Shown: positions 50,575 to 60,831 of the stretch, piece by piece
How positions within the stretch are numbered: the first letter of the stretch is position 1
How the letters are laid out: the number at the start of each line of letters is the position of its first letter
Source: Candidatus Latescibacterota bacterium
GTDB lineage: Bacteria > Latescibacterota > UBA2968 > UBA8231
Length of the DNA stretch: 64,000 nucleotides
Direction of reading: 5' to 3'
Assembly (NCBI GenBank): GCA_965206595.1
Contig: OZ242214.1
Span: 608,001-672,000 of the forward strand
The notes under the pieces: model-generated
What the model was told of the DNA's origin: nothing
The model's database searches: none
Seen by the model: the letters and a program-made list of their open reading frames with translations, nothing else
Position numbers and translations under genes: made by a program

Positions 50575-51843
50575 CTACTCAGTCACCTCCGGAGCAGCCG
50601 CGTAGATGGTGAGCAGAAGCTCGGCGTCGCCGATCATCCGGTAGGTCGGTGTCTTTCCCGAGAGGCGCTCGCTGTTGTCGAGGATGATCCGCACCCCTTC
50701 CCCACGGCGGTCCATCAGGGTTGCGCGGTCGGTGGTCAGCCAGGAGTGGTCCGGCACCGGGATTCGCGCCAGCAGACTGGCAACAGTCTCGTTGCGGGCC
50801 GACTGAATGTGCACCAGATCGTCGACGCCCATCGAATTGGGAATCGACCCGGGCGAGTAGATCTCCAACCGGTCATCGAAGAGCCGCAAGCGGATCTTGG
50901 ACCCGTGGATGGAGTAGTCCCGGTGCGCGACGGCATTGACCACCGCTTCGAAGACGGCGGCCATGTCGAACTGCGGTCGGTCCACCCGTCCCATGTTCTT
51001 GAAGGCCGCGGTCTTCATATTCTTGGCGACGAAGCGGCAGGCGTTCTCGACCTGCGCATCCAGCGGTCCGGCCACGTCTTCGGCGTCGAGCTGGTAGGGA
51101 TCGTCCGATCCCACGCGGACTTCGGTGCCGCGGTAGGCAACCGCCTGAACGTAGGCACTGGGCAGCCACTCCCGAGGGTCCGTCGCAGCAACGAGAATGC
51201 CCGCAACGGTCGGCTTGAGGTTGCCCCGTTCATCGGTTCGCGCCAAGTGCAGGTTTGACAGGAAGCGGGAAGACTCCGTAGCCGACCGGGGGGTTCTGAA
51301 CCGCTCGACCAGGTCATCCTGCAGGTCGTCGAGCGAGGCCTCGGCCACGACCTCCTCGTCGAATCGCACCAGACCGGTCCGCGAACGCTGCGCCAGCAGG
51401 CGCGCGAGATACTCGGTGGACATGGGCCGCTTTTCGCTCCCGACCCGGAGCAGGTATCCGCGGGGGCTGCGATGAACGAACAGGCTGGGCGCAACGTCGA
51501 TCTTGATTGCCGGAACCTCGCCCCCCGTCGCGGTCGGCAGCTCAAGGCGCTCGATGATGGGCGCAACAGAGGGGTCGATCGAGTCCCGGCAGATCTCGCG
51601 CACGAGCAATTCCGCCGCATCGAGACCCTCGGCCGGGATGCCCAGGACCTCGCGGGGCTTGTCCAGGACGCCCAAGACGATCACGCCGCCGTGGCTGTTG
51701 GCAAAAGCAGCGATTTCGTCCGCGAGGGAGTCGCGACGCGGCTCCTTGACCTGTCTGCCTGCCAAGCGCACTTCCTTCAACTCCAGATAGGAGTCCTCGC
51801 CCAGGCGGATCTTGTCGAGAAGTTCGCGCTTGCTATCGAACAT
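50575..51843 (-). CDS. AlbA_2 (Schlafen) plus HATPase_c_4 protein
   Basis: GEDSYLELKE, AFANSHGG, EAVVNAVAHRDY and SPG motifs. Confidence 0.85.
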   Translation of the reverse strand: MFDSKRELLDKIRLGEDSYLELKEVRLAGRQVKEPRRDSLADEIAAFANSHGGVIVLGVLDKPREVLGIPAEGLDAAELLVREICRDSIDPSVAPIIERLELPTATGGEVPAIKIDVAPSLFVHRSPRGYLLRVGSEKRPMSTEYLARLLAQRSRTGLVRFDEEVVAEASLDDLQDDLVERFRTPRSATESSRFLSNLHLARTDERGNLKPTVAGILVAATDPREWLPSAYVQAVAYRGTEVRVGSDDPYQLDAEDVAGPLDAQVENACRFVAKNMKTAAFKNMGRVDRPQFDMAAVFEAVVNAVAHRDYSIHGSKIRLRLFDDRLEIYSPGSIPNSMGVDDLVHIQSARNETVASLLARIPVPDHSWLTTDRATLMDRRGEGVRIILDNSERLSGKTPTYRMIGDAELLLTIYAAAPEVTE

Positions 51844-54658
51844 CGGCCCGCTCCTGTCCGAGGCGGCGGTAGCGACGCTCGAAAGCCTCCCGCCCTCCTT
51901 CCATGATGCGGCAGACTTCCTCGCGCATGGCCGACTCCTGCAACGAACCACGTTGCGTGACCACACACTGGCCGTTGCAGAAGTCGAGGGCGTGCAGCAT
52001 TTCGGCGTCGCCGTTGACGACGATGTTGGGATTGTGGGTGACCACGACGATCTGTCGGCGGCGCTTGTTCTCCCGCATCTGCCGCACCACCAGGTCGTAG
52101 ATCAGGTGGTTGTCGAGGTCGTCTTCGGGCTGGTCCAACACCAGCGGCTCGTCGCCGTGGGCAAGCAGGAAGGCGAGCATGGCGGCTGCTCGTTGCCCGG
52201 CGGAAGCCTGGCCGATGGGGCGAAAGCCGGTGCCGTCGCCCTTGGGGCTGTACTCCACCCGCAAGGCGTCTTCAGGGAACCACGCGAGCAGGCCGTCCAG
52301 CAGGGCGGGCGAGCGTTCGGTCTCGCGCTCGAGGTAATTGCTGAAGGCACCCCCGAAACGGCCGTTACCTCCCGCGCTTGCCGTCTGGACACGTTCCTTC
52401 CATTGCGCGATGCGCTGTTCCATCTCCCGACCGTGCTCGTCGGCGGACTCTGGAAGGTCCGCCAGCAAGTCCACGACATTCCCCCTGGGACTGCCCCCAT
52501 CGTCCGTAAGGATGTCACTTTGGAAGCGGTTGCCGGTCACGTTGAGGACCTCCCGCATGGAGCGCTCAACGACGCGGGCCTCGTCGCCATATGGCCGTAT
52601 CGAGATGCGCACGAAGCGGTTCCCGGTAAGAGCTTGGGCGAGAAACGCCGCGCGTGCGGCAGTCACGGCGCGGCGGCAGTCGAGGACGCGATCCAGGCTC
52701 TCGCGAGCATGCGCGGCCAGCCGATCACGCTCTTCCGCCAAGGAGTCCAGATCGGCCAGTTCCCCGTCGAGCCGCTGGCGATCCTGGGTCAGGCGGCCGT
52801 ATTCGCTCGGATCTGCGACGCCCTCGGCCTGAAGGTCGCGAACGAGCGCGTCGTAGTCGTCCTCGGCCTGCCGGGCCGCGGCCGTCCAGGTGCTGTCTGC
52901 GAGTGCCCGGCGCTGCGCAGCCAGCGCCTCACTCAGACGCGCGGCCGCCCTGGGCAAGTCCTGGCGGGCGGCTTCGACCGAAGAGGCCAGGTCAGCAATG
53001 ATCGCCGCGGCGGCCGCATCCTCCGGTGAGTCGTCGAAGGTCCCTGCCGGCAGATCCTCGGGCAGCAATTCCTCGGCGCGGGCTTCGATTCGCCCGGCGA
53101 TCTCCTCGGCCGTCTCGAACTGCCGCTCGAGCTCACGGCGCTGTCTGCGCCGGCGCTGGTAGGTCGCAAGAACGGCCTGATGGCCTGCCTCCTCGAAGCG
53201 GCTGAGCTTGCGGTGGGTGTCCTGCCGTTCCACCTCCAGACCGTCCCGGGCCTGCAACTGCGTCTCGAGTTCCCGCACCCGCGCCCGCAGCGTCTGGAAG
53301 GCGTTGACGGCTTCGGCAAGCTTCCGCTTCGGCCCGTCCGTATCTGCGGCATCGTCGATCACGTCGAGCAGCGCCTGCTGGTTGTCGCCGGCCAGTTCGG
53401 CGATCTGCCCCTGGTTGAAGATGCGCAAGGGGAAGCGTTGGCTGTTTACGCTCTGTACCGGCGACTCCTGCCAGGCAGCGCCGGCCTCCTCCTCCACGAC
53501 AACACCCTTGGCCTCCTGGCGCCAATGGACGCGATGCCGCACTTCGTCCCGGACCACAGTCCACGTGATCGCGGTCGAGGCCCGCAGGCCGCCGTCCTCA
53601 CTCCGATGCGAAGGCAGGCGGTCGAAACGCTCGAAGGTCCGCCGCACCGGACTGTGGGTGTCGAGACGGGTCAAGTCCGTGTGGCGCCTCGATGCGAGCC
53701 TGAGAGCATGGACCACCGTGGACTTTCCGGTTCCGCGCCCGCCGACCAAGGCGTTGAGCCAGGGGCTGAACTCGATCCGGGCGGGTTCGCCGCGCCCCAT
53801 GAAGCGGGCATCGCTGATCTCGATGGATTCGATGTAATGGGTCGGCAGCCTGTTCGGATCGAAGGGGTCAGGATCGTCGCTGCGCCGGATGGAAAAGCCG
53901 GGTCCGTCGAGCAGAGCCAGACGCAGTCCTTCCAAGGAGGGTACGGACATCTTCACCCAAGTGGAGTGCGAGCCGGGGGTCCGCTCTCCCGACGCAAGAG
54001 CCGGGTGATGAGAATCCGATCCGAGCACCTCGGCCCATGCGAGCTTGCGCTGCCGGTAGAGTTCGTGCGGGTCCGACGCCGGATCGACCACCTCCATGGC
54101 AAACAGGTCGGAGCAATCGAGCAGGGGGCCGAGGCTGCTTCCGGGCAACCCCCAGGCCCCTGAGGGGCCGTCTACATGTGCGGGAATCGCGATGGCTCCG
54201 TTCTCCGCGATGGCCTTCACTACTTCAATGACCGACGCATCGGCGGCCCGGTCGCCTTGCCCGCGCACACCCTTGTATCGGACCGCTCCGAGGAGCCCGT
54301 TGATGTCTGCGGATCCCTTCGCCGTATCGAAGAGGGCGAGCAGGTGAATGCCGGCGTTGGCGGTGATCTCGACGCCGGGGAAGAGACGCAGCGGACAATA
54401 GTCGGGGTGGTCCTGGAGTCCCTTCAGCGCCTCTTTCAGCTTGTCGATCCACTCGCCGGAGTTATGGTCCGTAACCGCCACGCAATCCACTCCAGCCCGC
54501 ATGAAGCCAAGCAGCCAGTCCTCCGGTGTGATTTCCCGTAAGGAATCCTGGTCCTTTCCCTTGCCATAGTCCGCAGATGCGGGCGTATGGGTGTGGAAAT
54601 CGAACTTCCACCACCGTGCCCCAGGGTAGATCCACTCCTGTCCTGTTCTGATTGTCAT
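51833..54658 (-). CDS. PHP phosphoesterase fused to SMC/ABC ATPase (TrlF/Ppl-like)
   Basis: DFHTHTPAS, TDHN, GVE, AH and SDSH; GGRGTGKS; SAGQ; LDQPEDDLDN; VTHNPN. Confidence 0.88.
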   Translation of the reverse strand: MTIRTGQEWIYPGARWWKFDFHTHTPASADYGKGKDQDSLREITPEDWLLGFMRAGVDCVAVTDHNSGEWIDKLKEALKGLQDHPDYCPLRLFPGVEITANAGIHLLALFDTAKGSADINGLLGAVRYKGVRGQGDRAADASVIEVVKAIAENGAIAIPAHVDGPSGAWGLPGSSLGPLLDCSDLFAMEVVDPASDPHELYRQRKLAWAEVLGSDSHHPALASGERTPGSHSTWVKMSVPSLEGLRLALLDGPGFSIRRSDDPDPFDPNRLPTHYIESIEISDARFMGRGEPARIEFSPWLNALVGGRGTGKSTVVHALRLASRRHTDLTRLDTHSPVRRTFERFDRLPSHRSEDGGLRASTAITWTVVRDEVRHRVHWRQEAKGVVVEEEAGAAWQESPVQSVNSQRFPLRIFNQGQIAELAGDNQQALLDVIDDAADTDGPKRKLAEAVNAFQTLRARVRELETQLQARDGLEVERQDTHRKLSRFEEAGHQAVLATYQRRRRQRRELERQFETAEEIAGRIEARAEELLPEDLPAGTFDDSPEDAAAAAIIADLASSVEAARQDLPRAAARLSEALAAQRRALADSTWTAAARQAEDDYDALVRDLQAEGVADPSEYGRLTQDRQRLDGELADLDSLAEERDRLAAHARESLDRVLDCRRAVTAARAAFLAQALTGNRFVRISIRPYGDEARVVERSMREVLNVTGNRFQSDILTDDGGSPRGNVVDLLADLPESADEHGREMEQRIAQWKERVQTASAGGNGRFGGAFSNYLERETERSPALLDGLLAWFPEDALRVEYSPKGDGTGFRPIGQASAGQRAAAMLAFLLAHGDEPLVLDQPEDDLDNHLIYDLVVRQMRENKRRRQIVVVTHNPNIVVNGDAEMLHALDFCNGQCVVTQRGSLQESAMREEVCRIMEGGREAFERRYRRLGQERADVR

Positions 54659-54809
54659 GGCTGCCTTCTCTCCGGCTGTTCTCGGGGCGATTGCTTCCCG
54701 GCTGAAGTCATGTACACCACTTTCACGCGCTCATCGGTGAACTCTCGCCGTCTCGCCAAAACCCAGGGGGTGCCGAGCGAGAGCGGCAATTGTGCGCACG
54801 ATTCCGCGC

Positions 54810-55961
54810 TCATTTCGCACGATTCCCGGGCACGTCCAGGGACGGCTCGGGGAGATAGCGGACACCCCTGCCCTTTCCCTCCATACGCAGGAGACCGCTC
54901 TCGACGAGTCGCCGCAGCTCGCGGGCGGCGGTATAGCGGCTGACCGCGAAGATCCTGCGGTAGTCGGCGTTGCTCAGGCTCGGGTGCCGGAGGAAATGCT
55001 CGCGCAGGCCGGCAAGACGGGAGCTGGCGAATTCGGCGGTCCCGGGGATTGCATCCAGCGGCCCAGCCACCGGCTCGTTGTAGAGACGGACGGAGAACAC
55101 GCCGTCCTCCATCTCGACCTCCGGTTCCCGCAGAAAGCTCTCCTCCATCTCTTCGAAGATCCGCGCGACGCCCTCTCCGTCGCGCATGACTCCGGCATCG
55201 GCCAGCACCCGCACGATGAGCGGATTGCGGGTGGCGTGGGCAGGAAGGCGCTCTCGAAGCCTGGCGAGGGTCACCGGGGGAAGGAGGTCTCCGGGGCTCG
55301 ATACCTCCATCCGGTCTTCATAGAACCAGGCTTCCACTTCGCGCCCCTGGTACTCGTAGTCCCGGTGAGCGAAGGCGTTGACGATCGCCTCCTGCCAGGC
55401 GAAGTCGGGATATTCCGGGACCTCTTCGAAATAGAGGCCGTTGAGCTTTTCGGAGCGGCGGACTTGCTGGCCGGCGAGCCGGTGGGCTTCGGCAATCGCC
55501 TTCGCGAGCGGCGGGTCGGCGCGGCCGACCTGCGTCACGTTTCTTCGCCGGCCATGCTGGCGGCTCGTCCCGGCGACCCGAAACAGCCGCAGTCCGGCGC
55601 GCGGATGCCACCGGAGCGCGGGCGCCCTGGCGAACAGCAGGAGCGCGGCATTCGTGACTCGCCACTCCTGTGCGGACTGCTCGATCAGGCCGTAGTAGCT
55701 GAGTGCTTCCGTGACCGGGCGCGCTCCGACAGGGGTCCGGGCCAGGAATTCCCGGGCAAGCTCCAGATCGAGGTCGTCCAGGGTGGCGTCCGAGCGGAAG
55801 CGCTGCTCGTAACCGACCCGGCGGTAGACTTGCTTGCGTTCGTTGATGACTTCCTGCGGCTCTCGCGTCACGTGGTCGCCGCTTCTCGACAGCAGATGTC
55901 CGATTGCGTGCAGGTCGTCCTTGCCCTCCACCCACAGAATGGAGGTTTCCGGCTGAGACAT
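54810..55961 (-). CDS. Chimera: DUF3226/TOPRIM-like start fused to a HATPase_c_4 plus HTH region lacking AlbA_2
   Basis: LWVEGKDD, then EAIVNAFAHRDY, SPG, RNP and a C-terminal HTH. Confidence 0.6.
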   Translation of the reverse strand: MSQPETSILWVEGKDDLHAIGHLLSRSGDHVTREPQEVINERKQVYRRVGYEQRFRSDATLDDLDLELAREFLARTPVGARPVTEALSYYGLIEQSAQEWRVTNAALLLFARAPALRWHPRAGLRLFRVAGTSRQHGRRRNVTQVGRADPPLAKAIAEAHRLAGQQVRRSEKLNGLYFEEVPEYPDFAWQEAIVNAFAHRDYEYQGREVEAWFYEDRMEVSSPGDLLPPVTLARLRERLPAHATRNPLIVRVLADAGVMRDGEGVARIFEEMEESFLREPEVEMEDGVFSVRLYNEPVAGPLDAIPGTAEFASSRLAGLREHFLRHPSLSNADYRRIFAVSRYTAARELRRLVESGLLRMEGKGRGVRYLPEPSLDVPGNRAK

Positions 55962-57055
55962 CAGCGAACCTCGATTTCCTGCTCCACGGCGATCCCGATC
56001 TGCTCGCCCCGTAGAGGCACGGCATGATCGAGGTCAGCATGCACCTTTTGCAGGGAGACCTTCTCCGCAAGGCCGGGTCGAGACCTGACCAGTGTTCCGA
56101 GCCCGCGAATGCAGTCATGGCTGTGCGTCGTTGCGAATATCTGCACGTTGCATCTGTCCGCTACCTCGACGAGGAGCCGCCATACATCCTCGAGGACGGT
56201 CCAGTGCAGGCCGGAGTCGATCTCGTCGATCAGCAGGTATCCGTCCGTGGCGGAGACGAGGGCCAGGCGCAAAGCCAGCAGGCGGCGCAGGCCATTTCCG
56301 TAATTGCCGATCGGCATCCGGCGTCCTCGGTCTCGAAGGCCGACCAGGATCCCCCCGGGGCCGGGTCTGCCAGTCAGAAAGTGAATCGAGTCGATTTCGG
56401 GCACGAGAAGCCGCATGTCTTCTGCGATTTCACTCTCAAGGCCGTCAGCAAGAACTCTGTCCCATGCGTCTCCCATACGCTCGGATGCAAAGGATTCCAG
56501 CCCGAGAAAGCGAACCGGGGACGGGGAGAGGCCATTGCGCAAAGATGGCCGCCGCCAGAAGTCATGCAGGATCGTCCCGTCTTCGGCCATCGGTAGAGCG
56601 ACTGCCTCTTCCGCTGCGCCGAGCGCAATGCGCAGGCCGAACGCGGGTACGATCTCCTCGTCCTCATCGAGTTCCCGCCGCCGCACACGATTCCTTCCGG
56701 TCTCCCATAGATCGGCGTCTTCTCCCACTTCATCGACGGACAGTATCGTCGCCGACAATTCGCGATCGTCGTGGGAAGACAACTTGAAAGAGGCGCCGGG
56801 TTCGCAAGTGTGGCCGAAGAACAAGTGGGAGGCGTTCACTTCATGCCGTCGCCGATAGGAGATCCCTTCGTCATGGCGCTGGGCGACCTCGGAGAAAACA
56901 GAAAGGTGGCCGTTGGAAACGAGGAGCTCGACCGCTTCGAGAAGGGACGTCTTGCCGCAGTTGTTCTTGCCGACGAGAAGGTTCACGGTTGTTAGTTCGG
57001 CCAACTCGTAGGATTCGAAGGCGCGGAATCCACGCAGCGCGAGGGATTTCAGCAT
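55961..57055 (-). CDS. ABC-family AAA_15/AAA_21 ATPase
   Basis: GKNNCGKTS, YGNG, LLIDEIDSGLH and ATTHS motifs. Confidence 0.85.
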   Translation of the reverse strand: MLKSLALRGFRAFESYELAELTTVNLLVGKNNCGKTSLLEAVELLVSNGHLSVFSEVAQRHDEGISYRRRHEVNASHLFFGHTCEPGASFKLSSHDDRELSATILSVDEVGEDADLWETGRNRVRRRELDEDEEIVPAFGLRIALGAAEEAVALPMAEDGTILHDFWRRPSLRNGLSPSPVRFLGLESFASERMGDAWDRVLADGLESEIAEDMRLLVPEIDSIHFLTGRPGPGGILVGLRDRGRRMPIGNYGNGLRRLLALRLALVSATDGYLLIDEIDSGLHWTVLEDVWRLLVEVADRCNVQIFATTHSHDCIRGLGTLVRSRPGLAEKVSLQKVHADLDHAVPLRGEQIGIAVEQEIEVR

Positions 57056-57167
57056 CCTGGTGCTACCTCGTTTCGGATCACGCAGGATCCGGGAGAGTCG
57101 ACCCTCATGTTGAGGACTCCCCAAGGGTACCGGGGGGGCCGCGCCTCGATCAAGACGCTGAAGGTCC

Positions 57168-60100
57168 TCAGAGACACGGGTCCGCTTCGTCTCTGGCGCG
57201 CTGCTTGTGCGCCATGGTCAGATGCAGGTCGTTGACCCGGTCGCCGGTGAACTCGCCGTTGCGCCAGAACCAGGGGAATTCCTCCCTTGGACGCAGTTCC
57301 TTGTTGTCTTCGGGGTCCCAGTCGTCGTCTTCAAGCCACGGAGGCTTCGACCGTTTGCCGCGGGTCAGGGGCTCCTTGCCGCGGTCCTTGCGCCAGTGAA
57401 TGTTCGGCTTGGAGCGCAGGATACCCGCGCCCTTCTTCCCGCCGGGGATGTCCTCCGCCATGAAGGGGCGGATGTTCAGGCGCACGCCGTCGTTGATGTC
57501 CGGCTCCCAGCCGACGGGCTGCTCCTTGAGGGGCTTCCAGCGGACGAATATGTCGAAGGGCGGTTCACCTTCGAGGATGGCGGAAAGGCGCTTCTGCAGC
57601 TCAAGGGCCGCGAGGAGACGGTCGTCCGCGCCGCCTTCGCCGCGTTTCACGCCGTCCTGCTGGCGGGTAATCCAGTCGCCGAGATAGCTGTAGGTCAGGG
57701 ATTCGAGAAGCTGGCGGCCCTTGCCACCGCCTTCGGCCAGCTTGTGGTAATTGACCAGGGCTTGGAAGCCGTCGCGACGGCCGTCATGGATGTGCCAGAC
57801 GAAGGGGCGGTGGTGAAACAGCTTGCAGTGTTCGTCGAAGAAACCATGGCGCAGCCAGTCATCGAGAGTCGCGCTGCCTGCCTCGGCAAGAAGCTTGCTG
57901 AGCACACCGTCGTTCCATTCGTCGCGGAAGGAGGATGCCAGCAGTCGGAGGAGCCGGTCTCCCGCGGGCGGCTCGCCACGTACGGAAGGGATGCAGACGA
58001 TGCCGTCCTCGTCGGCGTGGGAAAGCAGTTCCTTGCAACGTGCCACCCATTCGCGCTGCTCGTCGGCGAGCTCCATGCCAGCATCCTGCTCCGCGGGCCA
58101 GCGGTAGCCGAGCAGGCGGGCGACGGCGACCTGTAACACAGTGGGATCGGTGCGGTGAGGACCGTGAGCGGTCCATTTGCTGGTTTCGTCCCAGACGACC
58201 GAGCCGCAGGGGTGGCCGTGGAAGATCCACTGGGTGGGATCATCGGAGTATGGTAAGGGAAGGCCGTTGGGGTATCGTTCGGTTGCGATCTTGGTCCAGT
58301 GGTCGAGGTCGAAGGGGACTTTGGCTAGCGTGGCGTTGGTGACCTTGAGTGTCTGGTCGATGCGACGAACCGCCTTGTGGTACTCGGGGGAAGAGCAAAA
58401 GCACCAGATGGCAGGAAGGTGTACTGGATCCTTTGGAACAACCGTTGCGCAGTTCATATCCCAGGGACTTCCCATGTTCAAGGTGGCGGGAAGTTCTACC
58501 ATTTGTCGTACGGCTACGCCAAGTTTCTCCCAAGCAGCTTGTCCTTGGATTCGTGCGGCTCCAGATGATCCGAGATATCCCTTTCCATCTTCCCAAAGGA
58601 ATACTTGATGCCGACCACCGAAGTGCCCTGTTTCATCACCGGTCGACTGAAATGTCTTCCACGCACCGTAAATCCCATGCGTTTCCCAAAACGCAAATAT
58701 GAAGCGCGGGTTGTCTCCCGTTGTGATTCCCTGATAGGAGGATGTGTATTCATCGAGGAGACTGGTATCCGCTGCCTGATCCAATGTGACTCGCGCATCT
58801 GGGTTCTTTAACTGCCGGGCCTGCTCGACACCTTGGATGGCCGACTGCGCTAACCGCTCAGCCTTCTCGGCAGGGGTGCGATAGTCGGAAACGTCCAAGC
58901 CATACATCATGCCGGCTCGTGTCTTTTCGCTGAACCGCTTGCCCTTATGCTGGCGGGGATTGTCTCGGCTCAGAGTGAGCAGGACCGCCTTGACGACCTC
59001 GCCGCTGATGGTTTCGAACGCACCCGGGCCCAACCAGGCGAGCAGATGCCAAGTCTCCGTCTTCAGCAGTCTCTCCCGGAGTTTCTTGTAGCTCTTGAGG
59101 GACAGCCAGTTCTGCGGCAGCACGAGGCTGGCGGTCCCGCCCTCGGCACACAGCTTCAGGCAACGCTGCAGGAACACGGTGGCCAAGTCGTTCTTGGCGG
59201 CGGGGTATTTCGCTTGGCAGAAGTCGCGCAGGGCCTTGCCCTGCTTGCCGCGGGCGAGATAGGGCACGTTGGTGATCACGAGGTGATAGCTTCCTGCCAG
59301 CAACTCCGCCGCCCGCGCCATCCCCTGCGCGGCCACGGCCCGTTCCGCCTGCTCGTCGGTGGTCAGCTCCTGTTCGAGCACCGAGGCGAAAAGCGACCGC
59401 ACCGACTCGTAGTCGTGCTGAAAGAGATCCCCCTTCAGCTCACGTGGATCGATGAGGGAGCCGCGCTCCGGCGCCTTCCCGAAGAGATCGTGGAGCTCTT
59501 CCAGGCTGTTGCGGACCTGCGTCGATAACAGGTTGTCATCGACCCCGAAGAGGTTGCGATCGGCCGGCATCCCTCCGGCGTCTGCGGCCTGCTGCGCCAA
59601 CTCGATCCACTGTTCCTTCGTCGCGTTGGGGGCGAGGCCGGAGCAGGCGAGGTGCAGCTCGGGCAGAGGGCGGTACCCGCCCGCTTCGGGGTACGTCCAG
59701 GCGGCGAGAGCGAGGGCGAAGGCCGCAAGCTCGACGCAACGGGGGTCGAGCTCGAGCCCGTGCAAGTTCCCCCCCAACACCCCGTCGACGGCGTCGCGTA
59801 CGGAAAGCCCTTCCCGCTCCACGCGCATGGGAACCAGCATGGAAAGGGCGGCGACCAGGAAGTGACCCGAGCCGCAGCAGGGGTCGAGGATCTTCAGTTC
59901 TGCGAGGTGCTTCGGCCAGCTGTCGAAGGCACCGGCGGCAGGGCGCCAACTTTCCTGCTCCGCAGTGTCCTCACTTCGCACGAAGTGCAGGAAATCGAGG
60001 GGCGCGCCGGGGACCGCCGCCTTCCGGCGCAGAGCGGCTTCGGTGTCAGCTTCCCGCAGATCGGCTTCGCTCAGGAGGCGTGACGCCCACCACGCTCCCA

Positions 60101-60785
60101 GGGTGTTGTCGAGCAGGAAACTCACCATGTAAGGCTCGGTGAAGAGCTGCGTTACCGCAGGCAACTCGTCGGCGCCAACCTTGACCTCGGAACGATTGAC
60201 CTCGGCCTTCTTCCTAGACTGCCAGAACTGGTAGACCCAGCCCAGGGAATCGGTCGCCGTGAAGACCTCGTGCGGTAGACCCTCGACAAGCCCTTCCAGC
60301 TTCAGCCGGTGTTCCCGCGCCATGCTGACCTCGAAGGCCGGGTGATCTGGCCGAAATACCTGGGGCAGCATGCCATGGGCGAAGCGCGCGGCCATCGTCC
60401 ACTTGTCGGCACCCTCCTCCTTGCCTAGTTCCTCGCATTCTTCCAGGGTTACGGCGACGCCCAATTCCGGCTCGATAAGCAGTTGGTTCTCCGCGAGGAA
60501 ACGGGAGAACAGCATACCGTGCCAGTGCTCGTACGCGCATTCGTGCACCAGGTGCCCGATCTCATGACTTCTGGACTGCGGGTCCCGGGAGTCGCCGAGT
60601 TGCCGGGCGCGGGCGCGCAGCCGCTGGCGCAGCGCGCGCTGGCCGGGGCTCATGTGATCGTACGGTTCGCGGTAGTGCACGGCGAGCGTTTCCAGCGCCA
60701 CGCGGGCGCCGGTTTCCGCGACGTCTCGTGCATCCGCGATCGTCCGCTCAAGTTGTTTCCGCAGGTTTGGGGCCAGCGTCTTCAT
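57168..60785 (-). CDS. pglX: BREX PglX-like N6-adenine DNA methyltransferase
   Basis: LGWVYQFW, TQLFTE, DPCCGSGHFL, TNVPY and PDINDGVRLNIRP motifs; context with pglZ and brxL. Confidence 0.82.
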   Translation of the reverse strand: MKTLAPNLRKQLERTIADARDVAETGARVALETLAVHYREPYDHMSPGQRALRQRLRARARQLGDSRDPQSRSHEIGHLVHECAYEHWHGMLFSRFLAENQLLIEPELGVAVTLEECEELGKEEGADKWTMAARFAHGMLPQVFRPDHPAFEVSMAREHRLKLEGLVEGLPHEVFTATDSLGWVYQFWQSRKKAEVNRSEVKVGADELPAVTQLFTEPYMVSFLLDNTLGAWWASRLLSEADLREADTEAALRRKAAVPGAPLDFLHFVRSEDTAEQESWRPAAGAFDSWPKHLAELKILDPCCGSGHFLVAALSMLVPMRVEREGLSVRDAVDGVLGGNLHGLELDPRCVELAAFALALAAWTYPEAGGYRPLPELHLACSGLAPNATKEQWIELAQQAADAGGMPADRNLFGVDDNLLSTQVRNSLEELHDLFGKAPERGSLIDPRELKGDLFQHDYESVRSLFASVLEQELTTDEQAERAVAAQGMARAAELLAGSYHLVITNVPYLARGKQGKALRDFCQAKYPAAKNDLATVFLQRCLKLCAEGGTASLVLPQNWLSLKSYKKLRERLLKTETWHLLAWLGPGAFETISGEVVKAVLLTLSRDNPRQHKGKRFSEKTRAGMMYGLDVSDYRTPAEKAERLAQSAIQGVEQARQLKNPDARVTLDQAADTSLLDEYTSSYQGITTGDNPRFIFAFWETHGIYGAWKTFQSTGDETGHFGGRHQVFLWEDGKGYLGSSGAARIQGQAAWEKLGVAVRQMVELPATLNMGSPWDMNCATVVPKDPVHLPAIWCFCSSPEYHKAVRRIDQTLKVTNATLAKVPFDLDHWTKIATERYPNGLPLPYSDDPTQWIFHGHPCGSVVWDETSKWTAHGPHRTDPTVLQVAVARLLGYRWPAEQDAGMELADEQREWVARCKELLSHADEDGIVCIPSVRGEPPAGDRLLRLLASSFRDEWNDGVLSKLLAEAGSATLDDWLRHGFFDEHCKLFHHRPFVWHIHDGRRDGFQALVNYHKLAEGGGKGRQLLESLTYSYLGDWITRQQDGVKRGEGGADDRLLAALELQKRLSAILEGEPPFDIFVRWKPLKEQPVGWEPDINDGVRLNIRPFMAEDIPGGKKGAGILRSKPNIHWRKDRGKEPLTRGKRSKPPWLEDDDWDPEDNKELRPREEFPWFWRNGEFTGDRVNDLHLTMAHKQRARDEADPCL

Positions 60786-60831
60786 TGAATAGCGTTACGT
60801 GGACAGAGGTCAGGATCGCCCAGGTGCTTTC

